Both the position numbers and the translations under genes were made by a program. DNA of 64,000 nt, taken from contig JAHFFE010000003.1 of NCBI GenBank assembly GCA_023248155.1, positions 80,042 through 144,041 on the forward strand, in the 5' to 3' direction. Numbering within the stretch: position 1 is the first letter of the stretch; the number at the start of each line of letters is the position of its first letter. Positions 17,746-27,568 of this stretch are shown in pieces. The notes below the pieces were generated by a model that had not been told where the DNA came from, did not search any database, and saw only the letters and a program-made list of their open reading frames with translations. The stretch comes from Candidatus Omnitrophota bacterium (GTDB lineage: Bacteria; Omnitrophota; Gorgyraeia; 1-14-0-20-64-10).

Positions 17746-19054
17746 TTTAAACAAGAAAATCGCCGCCCGCAAAGCCCGGATTGCCGTCATCGGCCTGGGC
17801 TACGTGGGGCTGCCGCTGGCTGCGGCGTTTGCCTCAAAAGGATTTACGGTCTCCGGAATTGATCTCGATGAGGGGCGCGTTAAGCGCCTTCGCCGCAACG
17901 ATTCGTACATTCCCGATCTCGATTCCGGTTTTTTAAAGACGCTTTCGGACTCCGGCCGTTTTTCCGCTTCGCAAAAACCAGACGCGCTGAAAGAAGCCGA
18001 TGCCGTAATCATCTGCGTGCCAACGCCCGTAAAGCTCAACGTGAAAGGGGAGCGGCTCCCGGATCTGCACTGCCTTGAACAGGCAGCCGAACTGGTCGCC
18101 CGGAATTTTAAGCACGGCCAGCTGATTATTCTTGAAAGCACCACTTATCCGGGAACCACCGAAGAAATGATCCCGCCGCTGCTAAAAAAGAAGGGGCTGG
18201 TTCCGGACCGCGATTTTTTCCTGGCGTTCTCACCGGAGCGGATTGACCCGGGCAATCAGCGCTATTCGCTGGAGGCGATCCCGAAAATCGTCGGCGGCAT
18301 TACGCCGAAATCGACCCAGCTGGCCGAAGCGCTCTACGCCACGATTGTTCCGAAGGTGATCGCGGTTTCCTCGAGTATGACCGCTGAAATGGTGAAACTG
18401 CTCGAAAACACATTTCGCATCGTCAATATCGGCCTGGCCAACGAATTCGCGCTGATCTGCCATAAAATGGGCGTCGATGTGTGGGAAGTGATCGAGGCGG
18501 CCAAATCAAAACCATTCGGTTTCATGGCGTTTTCACCCGGGCCCGGAATCGGCGGCCATTGCATTCCGTCCGATCCGCATTATCTGACCTGGCGCGCAAA
18601 GAAGGAAGGCGCAGAGACGCGCCTAATTGATATCGCGGCGCGCGTGAATGCTCAGATGCCGCAGGCGATTGTGACCCGGACCGCGGAGCTGCTGAGCCGC
18701 AAGAAAAAAATCCTGAAAAATTCATCCGTTCTTTTGCTGGGCATGGCCTACAAACGCGATGTCAATGACACGCGCGAATCACCGGCCATTGAAATCTTTG
18801 AAGGGCTGAAAAGCCGCGGCGCCCGCGTGGTTTATCATGATCCCTGGGTGGAGTCGGTCCGAATAGGTAAAGCCACGGTTCGTTCTGCGGTATTAACGCC
18901 GGCGCTGCTGAAAAAAAGCGATTGCGTGATTATCACGACCGATCATTCCGACATTGATTATGCGCTGGTGGCAAAATCGGCGCCGCTGATATTCGATACA
19001 CGAAACGCGTACCGCGAATTTAAAAAGGTCCCGAAAAATGTCGTCCGCCTCTAA
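17726..19054 (+). CDS. UDP-N-acetyl-hexosamine 6-dehydrogenase (WbpA/WecC/TviB family nucleotide-sugar dehydrogenase)
   Basis: IAVIGLGYVGLPLA NAD-fold and a catalytic Cys region GGHCIPSDP. Its ~440-aa length fits the UDP-GlcNAc/ManNAc dehydrogenase clade. Confidence 0.8.
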   Translation: MPSLLDNLNKKIAARKARIAVIGLGYVGLPLAAAFASKGFTVSGIDLDEGRVKRLRRNDSYIPDLDSGFLKTLSDSGRFSASQKPDALKEADAVIICVPTPVKLNVKGERLPDLHCLEQAAELVARNFKHGQLIILESTTYPGTTEEMIPPLLKKKGLVPDRDFFLAFSPERIDPGNQRYSLEAIPKIVGGITPKSTQLAEALYATIVPKVIAVSSSMTAEMVKLLENTFRIVNIGLANEFALICHKMGVDVWEVIEAAKSKPFGFMAFSPGPGIGGHCIPSDPHYLTWRAKKEGAETRLIDIAARVNAQMPQAIVTRTAELLSRKKKILKNSSVLLLGMAYKRDVNDTRESPAIEIFEGLKSRGARVVYHDPWVESVRIGKATVRSAVLTPALLKKSDCVIITTDHSDIDYALVAKSAPLIFDTRNAYREFKKVPKNVVRL

Positions 19055-20186
19055 GACAATGCATGTGCCGTACATTGATCTGGGAATCCAGTACCGGAAC
19101 CTGAAGTCCGAGATCGATCCGCTGATCGAAAAAATTCTTGCCAGCGGGTCGTACATTCTGGGCGAGCATGGCGCTGCGCTCGAAAAAGAATATGCCGCGT
19201 ATCAGGGTGTCGCGCACGCCGTCGGCGTTGCCTCCGGAACCGACGCCATTGAGCTGGCGCTGCGCGCGGCCGGAATCGGAGCCGGCGATGAAGTGATCGT
19301 GCCTTCGTTTACCTTTGTGGCCACGGCCGAAGCGGTGATGCATGTGGGAGCCAGGCCGGTGTTTGTCGATATCGAGCCGGATACCTACGGCATTGATCCG
19401 GCGCAGACTGAAACCGCCGTAACGTCGAAAACTAAAGCGATTATTCCGGTTCATTTATATGGGCATCCCTGCACGATGGAGCCGATTCTTTCGCTGGCCA
19501 AATCAAAAGGATTACAGGTTATTGAAGACTGCGCGCAGGGGACCGGCGCTTCGATCGGAAACAAAAAGGTCGGTTCGCTGGGCCGGCTGGGGGCGTTCAG
19601 TTTTTTTCCGACGAAAAACCTGGGCGCCTGCGGCGACGCCGGCATCATCGTAACTGACCGGGCCGACGACGCCGAAAAACTGCGCTGGCTTCGCAATCAC
19701 GGAAGCCCGAAAAAATATCAGCATGAAATTCTGGGGCGAAACAGCCGGCTCGATGAAATTCAGGCGGCGATCCTGCGCGTCAAGCTGAAGCACCTGGACC
19801 GCTGGAATCAGGAGCGTATTCGCGTCGCCGGTTGGTACGACAAAGCCTTCAAAGCGCTCCCTCCGGCTGTTCTCAAAAAATTAACGCTTCCGTCGACGCG
19901 GTCCGGCCTGTCGCATGTCTATCATATTTACGCGCTGTTAACGGCTCAGCGGGATGCGCTGTGGGAGCATTTGAAAACAAAAACAATTGATGCGGCAGTC
20001 CATTATCCGGAACCGTTGCACCGGCAGCCGGTGATGCGATCGATCGTTTCTGCGGGGCTTTCATTGCCGGTCAGCGAGCGTGTAGCGCGGGAAGTTCTTT
20101 CATTGCCTATTTATCCGGAGATGACGGAAGCGATGGTACTCTATGTCGTGGAGGCCATTCATGACTATTACCGGGCAGGGAATTAG
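19038..20186 (+). CDS. DegT/DnrJ/EryC1/StrS-family PLP-dependent sugar aminotransferase
   Basis: Has the family-wide motifs [25 protein letters not shown] and [14 protein letters not shown]. Confidence 0.85.
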   Translation: MSSASKTMHVPYIDLGIQYRNLKSEIDPLIEKILASGSYILGEHGAALEKEYAAYQGVAHAVGVASGTDAIELALRAAGIGAGDEVIVPSFTFVATAEAVMHVGARPVFVDIEPDTYGIDPAQTETAVTSKTKAIIPVHLYGHPCTMEPILSLAKSKGLQVIEDCAQGTGASIGNKKVGSLGRLGAFSFFPTKNLGACGDAGIIVTDRADDAEKLRWLRNHGSPKKYQHEILGRNSRLDEIQAAILRVKLKHLDRWNQERIRVAGWYDKAFKALPPAVLKKLTLPSTRSGLSHVYHIYALLTAQRDALWEHLKTKTIDAAVHYPEPLHRQPVMRSIVSAGLSLPVSERVAREVLSLPIYPEMTEAMVLYVVEAIHDYYRAGN

Positions 20187-20187
20187 C

Positions 20188-21123
20188 ATGCGCGCTGTTG
20201 TTACCGGAGGGGCGGGGTTTATCGGGTCGCACCTTTGCACTCGGCTGCTGCGTGACGGCAATTCGGTCCTCTGTATCGATAATTTCCTGACAGGGCAGGA
20301 GGCCAATATAACGCCTCTGCGCGCCAACGCCCAATTTTCGTTCCTGAATCACGATGTCAGCGAGCCGATTTCCGTTGAGGGCCCGGTCGATCTCATTTTT
20401 CATCTGGCTTCCGCGGCCAGCCCGATCCATTACCAGAAATACCCCATTCAAACACTGAAAGTCGGTTCGCTCGGAACGCATCACGCGCTGGGTCTGGCTA
20501 AATCGAAAAAATCGGCGTTCTTCCTGGCTTCGACAAGTGAAGTGTATGGAGATCCTCTGGTCAATCCGCAGCCGGAAAGTTACTGGGGCAATGTGAACCC
20601 GGTCGGTCCGCGCGGCGTTTACGATGAAGCCAAGCGGTTCGCCGAAGCGATGACGATGGCTTATCACCGGGTTCATGGCGTTAACACGCATATCGCGCGC
20701 ATTTTTAATACGTTCGGCCCGCGCATGCAGGAAGAGGATGGCCGCGTGGTGCCGGCTTTTATCACGCAGGCGCTTACGAACAAACCGCTGACGGTATTCG
20801 GCGACGGCAGTCAGACCCGTTCATTCTGCTATGTGGATGATCTGGTGGAGGGAATCCTGCGGCTGGTCAAGTCGGATGCGCATGATCCGGTGAACCTGGG
20901 TGTTCCGAGCGAGATGACTGTTCTTCAAATCGCGCAAAAGATCATTCAATTGACCGGATCAAAAAGCGTGATCGAATACCGGACGCTTCCAGTGGATGAT
21001 CCTAAAGTACGCCGGCCGGATATCACGCGCGCGCGGCAGCTGCTGGGCTGGGAACCTACGCATCCGCTCGACGACAGTCTGCGCGCCACGATCGCCTACT
21101 TTAAGTCCCGCCTTTCGCGATGA
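20188..21123 (+). CDS. uxs: UDP-glucuronate decarboxylase (UDP-xylose synthase)
   Basis: [24 protein letters not shown] and [11 protein letters not shown] closely parallel UXS1 ([22 protein letters not shown]…[11 protein letters not shown]). The ATG at 20188 lies 1 nt after the upstream stop. Confidence 0.85.
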   Translation: MRAVVTGGAGFIGSHLCTRLLRDGNSVLCIDNFLTGQEANITPLRANAQFSFLNHDVSEPISVEGPVDLIFHLASAASPIHYQKYPIQTLKVGSLGTHHALGLAKSKKSAFFLASTSEVYGDPLVNPQPESYWGNVNPVGPRGVYDEAKRFAEAMTMAYHRVHGVNTHIARIFNTFGPRMQEEDGRVVPAFITQALTNKPLTVFGDGSQTRSFCYVDDLVEGILRLVKSDAHDPVNLGVPSEMTVLQIAQKIIQLTGSKSVIEYRTLPVDDPKVRRPDITRARQLLGWEPTHPLDDSLRATIAYFKSRLSR

Positions 21124-22412
21124 GCCTTCTGGAAGAAATCATCCGGCCCGGCATCTGGATTCTTTTGGGAACGGCGCTGGTCAATGTCGCCAACTTGCTC
21201 TATCAGATTGGCATGGTCCGCTTTCTTTCTCCGGTACAATACGGCGAGCTCAACGCGCTGATGGCATTTCTTGTGGTGATCACCGTTCCGGCCTGCACCG
21301 CGCAAACTACCGTATCGCAGACTGTTTCGCAGCAACTCGCACAAAAAGATCTTTCGCGCATCCATCTGTTTATCCGAAAAATGCTGGCAACCTTCGGCTT
21401 ATTTGGAATTGCCGGGTTTGCGGCGGTGGTTATTTTCCGGCATTCAATTGCCGATTTTCTGCAGCTGGATGATCCGGGTCTTATTTTACCCTGGGGAGCA
21501 GCGGCATTCTTCTTTTTGATTGCGCCGGTTGCGCTGGGATCGTTGCAGGGCCTACAGCAATTTTTCTCGTTCGGCGCCAATACGGCGCTGGGCGGAATTT
21601 TAAAATTAACACTGGGAATCGCGGCGGTCTGGATGGGGCGGGGTGTGTTGGGTGCCATGAATGCGTTTTGGATCGGCGCGCTGCTGACGCTGGCGATCGC
21701 GCTAATCCAGCTGAACGGCGCTTTGTATCGAATGAAGCCGGTGCCGTCCGAACGGCAAGAGAAAGGCTGGCTGCTGTTTTTCAGCGGGTGGATGGAAGAG
21801 GCAGTCGGCGTACTGCGCAGTTCGTGGCGCGTGCCGCACTACACGGCCTGGGCCGCGGCCGGAATTTTTTCGTACACCTGCCTGACCAACCTCGATGTCG
21901 TGCTGGCCAAACATTATCTGGAACCTCAGCAGGCCGGCTATTACGCCATTTCAGCAATGGTGGCGCGCATGGTGCTGTTTTTGCCGTCGGCATTTTCAAT
22001 CATCTTTTTTCCGAAGGTGGCCTATGCCGCCGCGCGCGGGGAACCAACGCAGCCGCTGCTGACTAAAATTCTGACAATCACGGCATTGCTCAGCGGCGCC
22101 GGAGCTGCGCTGCTGTTTTTCATGCCGGCGCTGGGGCTGTCCATATTGACGGGTAAAGCACATTCGGATTGTTTGTCACTGGTACGGATTTTATCCGCGG
22201 GAATGCTCGGCATGGCATTGGCCAACGTGGGACTGGTGTATCTGCTGGGCGTTCAAAAAGTCCGCAAAATAATTCCTTATCTGATCGGAGCGGCCGCGCA
22301 GGCCGCCGGAATCGTCCTGTTTCATCAATCGGCGTTGTCGGTGGCTTGGGTGACTTCATCGATCGCATGGCTGCTGGCACTCTACGCATTCTGGGTGGCC
22401 CGCCGTGGATAA
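21120..22412 (+). CDS. Polysaccharide flippase/transporter (Wzx-like, MOP superfamily)
   Basis: 430 aa with ~12 predicted hydrophobic helices. It sits among glycan genes. Confidence 0.6.
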   Translation: MSLLEEIIRPGIWILLGTALVNVANLLYQIGMVRFLSPVQYGELNALMAFLVVITVPACTAQTTVSQTVSQQLAQKDLSRIHLFIRKMLATFGLFGIAGFAAVVIFRHSIADFLQLDDPGLILPWGAAAFFFLIAPVALGSLQGLQQFFSFGANTALGGILKLTLGIAAVWMGRGVLGAMNAFWIGALLTLAIALIQLNGALYRMKPVPSERQEKGWLLFFSGWMEEAVGVLRSSWRVPHYTAWAAAGIFSYTCLTNLDVVLAKHYLEPQQAGYYAISAMVARMVLFLPSAFSIIFFPKVAYAAARGEPTQPLLTKILTITALLSGAGAALLFFMPALGLSILTGKAHSDCLSLVRILSAGMLGMALANVGLVYLLGVQKVRKIIPYLIGAAAQAAGIVLFHQSALSVAWVTSSIAWLLALYAFWVARRG

Positions 22413-23160
22413 AGCGCTGGAGATTTCAATCGTAATGCCGGCCTACAATGAGGCCTCGCACATTATTCCCAGCATTCGCGAGACCGCCAAAACATTTGAC
22501 GGATTCGGCTGGGATTATGAAATTATCACCGTCGACGACGGAAGCAGTGACGACACCTACAAACACTTGAATGAACTGGCCCGGGAAAACAAACGGATCG
22601 TTCCGGTTCATATTCCAAAAAATGCCGGCAAAGGCAACGCGCTTCGCCAGGGGTTTAAGTCGAGCACGAAAGGGGATCTGGTTGTTTTTCTTGATTGCGA
22701 TCTGGATCTGCATCCGCGGCAAGTCGAGACGCTTGTGCAAATCATGAAACGGACCGGCGCCGATATTGTCATTGGCGCAAAGAGGCATCCCCGGTCAGTC
22801 GTAGAATATCCCTGGCACCGCCGTATCATCAGTTCCATCTATTTTTTTGTTGTTCAAATTTTATTTGGAATGCCTCTGCGAGATACGCAAACAGGGCTAA
22901 AACTGTTCCGCCGGGAAGTGCTCGAAAAAGTTCTGCCGAAACTGCTGGTCAAGCGGTGGGCATTTGATTTGGAACTGCTGGCGCTGGCCCATTATTATGA
23001 ATACCGCATCGCGCACGCACCGGTGATCATTCAATCGCAGCGCGACCGAAGCCGGATTCCAATGACCGCAATGATTCATATGTGCATGGACACCGTAGCC
23101 GTTTTTTACCGCCTGAGAATCATGCGTTGGTACCAGAAACAGGACGATTTTCACGCCTGA
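22405..23160 (+). CDS. GT2-family glycosyltransferase (DPM1-like)
   Basis: SIVMPAYNE, TVDDGSSD and a DCDLD (DxD) motif. Confidence 0.8.
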   Translation: MDKALEISIVMPAYNEASHIIPSIRETAKTFDGFGWDYEIITVDDGSSDDTYKHLNELARENKRIVPVHIPKNAGKGNALRQGFKSSTKGDLVVFLDCDLDLHPRQVETLVQIMKRTGADIVIGAKRHPRSVVEYPWHRRIISSIYFFVVQILFGMPLRDTQTGLKLFRREVLEKVLPKLLVKRWAFDLELLALAHYYEYRIAHAPVIIQSQRDRSRIPMTAMIHMCMDTVAVFYRLRIMRWYQKQDDFHA

Positions 23161-23181
23161 AAATGGTAGAATAGTTTCATC

Positions 23182-24711
23182 ATGAAGATCGCTGTTGCTT
23201 ATGCCCCCATCGAGTCTCCCAAAGGAACCGCTCTGCTTTCGCAGAACCGGCAATTTCAGTATTTTAACGCGCCCACTTATATCTATCCGATGGTCCCGGC
23301 CTATGCGGCAACCCATTTAAAATCAAAAGGTTACGATGTGGTCTGGATGGATGCCATCGCGCAGCGCAAGACCTACGCGCAATTTTTGGAAGAGCTGGAG
23401 CATGAGAAGCCGGACCTGATCATGATGGAAACCAAAACGCCGGTGATCAAGAAGCATTGGAAGCAGATTACCGATCTGAAGGCTCGGTTTCCTGAGATGA
23501 AAATTGTGCTGGTGGGCGACCATGTGACCTGGAACCCCGAAGAAACGCTGCGCGCTTGTCCCGTTGATTACATCCTGACCGGCGGCGATTATGATTTTGC
23601 GATCGTAAATCTGGTGCGCGCGCTGGAAGGCCGCGAAGATATGGAAGGCGGCGTTTACTGGAAAGAAGGCGACCAGATAAAAAATTCCGGCGCGATGAAG
23701 CTGAAAACGCACAAGCTGGACGATCTGCCGATGGTCGACCGAGATCTGACGCAGTGGAAAAATTACGCCTATCATAACGGCAACTACAAATATTTTCCCG
23801 GAACTTACATGTACACCGGCCGCGACTGCTGGTGGAACCGCTGCACCTTCTGTGTATGGGATCACACGCTCTATCCGCAGGGGACTTTCCGCGCGCACTC
23901 TCCGGAACGGGCGCTCGATGAAGTCGGGCATTTAATCGAGAAGTACGGCGTTAAAGAAATCTTTGATGACTGCGGAACGCTGCCGATCGGCGCCTGGCTC
24001 AAGAAATTCTGCGAAGGAATGATCGAGCGGGGCTATCACAAGAAAGTCCGCTACGGGTGCAACATGCGCGTGAACGCATTGACGCAGGCGGAATACGACC
24101 TGATGGGCAAGGCGCGATTCCGGTTTATTCTCTACGGCATTGAATCGGGTAACCAGAAGACGCTGGATATGCTCGATAAGGGCTGCAAGGTTGAAGAGAT
24201 CGAGCAGGGCCTTAAGATGGCCAAGCAGGCCGGACTTGAACCGCACATCACCGTGATGATGGGCTATCCGTGGGAAGATGCCGCCGATTCACAGCGGACC
24301 GTTGATCTGACGCACCGGCTTTTCCGGAAAGGGTATGTTGATACGCTGCAGGGAACGATCGTGGTTCCGTATCCGGGCACGCCGCTCTATAAATTATGCA
24401 AAGAGAAGGGCTGGCTGAAAACCGAGGATTGGGACCGGTACGATATGCGCGAATCGGTGATGCTCAATCCCGTGACGGACGAACAGATTCGCGCGTTCAC
24501 GCAGGATCTTTACAAATCATTCATGAGTCCGCAGTTTATCAGCCGAAAATTAATGTCGATCCGTTCGCTGGATGACATGAAGTTCTTCGCAATCGCCGGA
24601 AAAAAATTCGCGGGACATTTGCTGGACTTCAAGAAGAAGCAGCCGGCTTACCTGGCCGATCAGTCCAGCAGCCATACGCCCGCGATGCCGGTATCGCAAA
24701 CCGCCGCATAA
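23182..24711 (+). CDS. B12-binding-domain radical SAM enzyme
   Basis: An N-terminal cobalamin-binding Rossmann-like domain, then a radical-SAM cluster motif CWWNRCTFC (Cx4Cx2C). 509 aa. Confidence 0.8.
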   Translation: MKIAVAYAPIESPKGTALLSQNRQFQYFNAPTYIYPMVPAYAATHLKSKGYDVVWMDAIAQRKTYAQFLEELEHEKPDLIMMETKTPVIKKHWKQITDLKARFPEMKIVLVGDHVTWNPEETLRACPVDYILTGGDYDFAIVNLVRALEGREDMEGGVYWKEGDQIKNSGAMKLKTHKLDDLPMVDRDLTQWKNYAYHNGNYKYFPGTYMYTGRDCWWNRCTFCVWDHTLYPQGTFRAHSPERALDEVGHLIEKYGVKEIFDDCGTLPIGAWLKKFCEGMIERGYHKKVRYGCNMRVNALTQAEYDLMGKARFRFILYGIESGNQKTLDMLDKGCKVEEIEQGLKMAKQAGLEPHITVMMGYPWEDAADSQRTVDLTHRLFRKGYVDTLQGTIVVPYPGTPLYKLCKEKGWLKTEDWDRYDMRESVMLNPVTDEQIRAFTQDLYKSFMSPQFISRKLMSIRSLDDMKFFAIAGKKFAGHLLDFKKKQPAYLADQSSSHTPAMPVSQTAA

Positions 24712-24721
24712 ACGAATCCGA

Positions 24722-27568
24722 ATGCGGATAGTAATCTTTAACTGGCGGGATGTCCGCAATCCGCTGGCCGGCGGCGCCGAAGTGCTGATGCAGGAATCGG
24801 CGCGCCGCTGGATCGCAGAGGGGCATTCGGTTTCCTGGATCACCAGCCGTTTTCCCGGATCATCCGAACAGGAAACGATCGACGGCGTTCAGGTTTTTCG
24901 TACTGGAAATTCCCGCTCCGTCTACTGGAAAGCGGCCCGCCTGTTTAAACAAAAATTCGCCGGGCAATGCGACCTGGTCATCGATACCGTCAACACGCTT
25001 CCGTTTTTTACGCCCTGGTTTGTCAAAGAGCCAATCGTCATGCATTTCAACCAGCTGGCGCGCGAGGTCTGGTTTTACGAATGCCTCTGGCCGATGGCCG
25101 TGGTTGGGTTCATTCTGGAGCCGCTCTGGCTGAAAATCTACCGCAAGATTTATACGGTAACAATCTCGCGCAGTTCGCGGCTGGATCTGCTGCGGCTCGG
25201 ATTTGATCGGGCACAGGTGCAATTGCTGCCGATGCCGACAAAACCGTATTCGGCTCCCACGACCGATGCGCGCGCCCAAACACCAACATTTATTTATCTG
25301 GGACGGCTGAAGCGATCCAAGCGGGTTCATCATGCCATTATTGCGTTTGCCCGCGTGCATGCCCGGATTCCGAATTCGCGGCTCTGGATCGTCGGCGACG
25401 GTGACCGCTCTTACCGGACTTACCTGAAAAAAATGGTTGAACGCCTGGACCTGGGCCCCTCAGTTACTTTTTTTGGCCAAGTGCCGGAACAGAAAAAAGA
25501 ACGCCTGCTTCAGGAAGCCCACGCGCTCGTGGTTCCTTCGGTACGTGAAGGATGGGGAATCGTTGTTAATGAAGCCAACTCCAAGGGAACACCCGCTATT
25601 GTTTATCCGGTGCCGGGACTGGTCGATTCAATCGATAATCAGGTGACGGGACTGGTTTGTCGGGAACCGACTCCGCGCGCATTGGCCGATCAGATGATTG
25701 ATATGGCGGAAAACAAGGCGCTCTGGAAACGCTTGAGTACGCCCGAGAATTTTTCGAGACCGGCTGTTTCATGGGATGACACGGCCCGGAGTTATCTGCA
25801 ATTTCTCAAATACCGGATGGGCGAAAAGCCTGCGCCGGCCAGTTTCTCAAAATTGTCGATCGTCATTCCGGGCTGTCTTTGGAACGGAACGGTTCGAAGC
25901 GGAGTTCAGGAAGCAGCCCAGCTCGCGGATACGCTGCAGGGAAAGTATGAACTTCTGATCGTAGCCGATCTTTCCGATGACCGGCTGCAGTCTCTTCTGA
26001 AGCAGCGGGGAATTGCGGAAGATAAAATCCGACAGATCGCTCCGGATCGCTTCCTTGGAGAATCGTACTCGCTGGTATTGGCCGCGCGCAAGGCCTCGGG
26101 AGACATGCTGCTGTATGTAGACCCCAACGCGGATATCGCGACAGGCGAATTGCTCGGGTTGATTGAATCATGGAAAGAAACACCGACCGATCTGGTGGTC
26201 GCTTCACGGCGGCACAGTGAAGACTGGCGGCGGCGTCCCTGGTTGTGGCGATTTTTTTCCGATGCCTATCACTCGGCGGTTCGCCGGCTTTTTGGCGCGG
26301 AAATGGGCGATGTGCAGACCGGAATTAAACTGTTCCGCACCCCAATTCTCCGGCAGGTGCTGCAGCGGCTCGTGGTTAAGGAATACGCATTCGATATGGA
26401 GCTGCTGGCTGTTGCGCACCGGTCCGGATTTACAATCGCGGTTTGTCCGATCCGCGTACTGCAGGGAACGCCTCAGCGCCGGGCACATCTGCTGGATATG
26501 TTTCATCTGTTCATGGATACGCTTTCGATCTGGTACCGAATGTTCTGTTTGCGCTATTATGACCGGCCGATCATTGTCCTTCCGCCCAAGCGCACGGTTT
26601 CCATCGTAATTCCGTGCAAAGCGCCAACCCCTTACTTAACGGAATGTTTGCAGGCTTGCTCCGAACTGGATTATCCGAAAGAGTTAATTCAGATCATTGT
26701 GCTGACCGATGAACCGGCAACGCTTCCGTCTCCGCAGGCAGTTTGCGTTCCCAGCGGACCGGTCGGGCCGGGGAAGAAACGGGATATGGCGCTTGCGCAT
26801 TGCACCGGAGAGATCGTGGCATTTATTGATGATGACACCATTCCGCGGTGGGACTGGCTGCGGAACGCCATGCGCTGGTTTGAAGACGAACGGATTGGAG
26901 CGGTAGGCGGTCCGGCGCCGACGCCGGCGACCGATTCTCTGCGCCGCGCCGCCAGCGGAGCGGTTTATTCATCCTGGCTGGTCGCAGGAACGCAAAGCTA
27001 CCGCTATTTTCCGGCAGTCGGACGCTGGGTGGATGATTATCCTTCGTGTAATTTATTTATCCGAAAAGAAGTGCTGACGCAAGTGGGTGGATTCGATACG
27101 GCATTTTGGCCAGGGGAAGACACGATTCTCTGCGCCAAAATTACGCAGGATCTGAAAAAGAAAATCTGGTATGACCCGGACGCGGTGGTTTATCATCACC
27201 GCCGGGCGCTGTTCCGCGGCCACCTCTATCAGATCCAGAGGTACGCCGAGCACCGCGGTTATTTTGTGAAACGATACCCGGCGACCTCGCTGCGGGTTCC
27301 TTATTTTTTGCCGTCCTGTCTGGTCTTTTTCTTTATCTTTGGCGCTTTGCTCGCGGTGATGTTTCCGCCGTTAAGGATTACATACGCAGCGATCGTGCTG
27401 GCTTATCTGACACTCGTAATGCTCTGGGCCGCGCTAAGTCTGAATATCCGGATGGCCGCGCTGGTTTTTCTTGGAATTATTGCAAGCCATTGGGCCTATG
27501 GGATCTATTTTTTAAAAGGTCTTCTGTCAACATCTATGGCCGAGGAGTTTAAGCGTGAACCTGTCTAA
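24722..27568 (+). CDS. Tri-domain glycosyltransferase fusion (GT4 – GT2-like – GT2, C-terminal TM helices)
   Basis: N-terminus with the GT4 EGWGIVVNEANSKGTPAI (E-x7-E) motif. A middle GT2-like domain carries DMELLAVAH. The C-terminal GT2 has SIVIPC…, DDD and a hydrophobic tail. Confidence 0.75.
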   Translation: MRIVIFNWRDVRNPLAGGAEVLMQESARRWIAEGHSVSWITSRFPGSSEQETIDGVQVFRTGNSRSVYWKAARLFKQKFAGQCDLVIDTVNTLPFFTPWFVKEPIVMHFNQLAREVWFYECLWPMAVVGFILEPLWLKIYRKIYTVTISRSSRLDLLRLGFDRAQVQLLPMPTKPYSAPTTDARAQTPTFIYLGRLKRSKRVHHAIIAFARVHARIPNSRLWIVGDGDRSYRTYLKKMVERLDLGPSVTFFGQVPEQKKERLLQEAHALVVPSVREGWGIVVNEANSKGTPAIVYPVPGLVDSIDNQVTGLVCREPTPRALADQMIDMAENKALWKRLSTPENFSRPAVSWDDTARSYLQFLKYRMGEKPAPASFSKLSIVIPGCLWNGTVRSGVQEAAQLADTLQGKYELLIVADLSDDRLQSLLKQRGIAEDKIRQIAPDRFLGESYSLVLAARKASGDMLLYVDPNADIATGELLGLIESWKETPTDLVVASRRHSEDWRRRPWLWRFFSDAYHSAVRRLFGAEMGDVQTGIKLFRTPILRQVLQRLVVKEYAFDMELLAVAHRSGFTIAVCPIRVLQGTPQRRAHLLDMFHLFMDTLSIWYRMFCLRYYDRPIIVLPPKRTVSIVIPCKAPTPYLTECLQACSELDYPKELIQIIVLTDEPATLPSPQAVCVPSGPVGPGKKRDMALAHCTGEIVAFIDDDTIPRWDWLRNAMRWFEDERIGAVGGPAPTPATDSLRRAASGAVYSSWLVAGTQSYRYFPAVGRWVDDYPSCNLFIRKEVLTQVGGFDTAFWPGEDTILCAKITQDLKKKIWYDPDAVVYHHRRALFRGHLYQIQRYAEHRGYFVKRYPATSLRVPYFLPSCLVFFFIFGALLAVMFPPLRITYAAIVLAYLTLVMLWAALSLNIRMAALVFLGIIASHWAYGIYFLKGLLSTSMAEEFKREPV

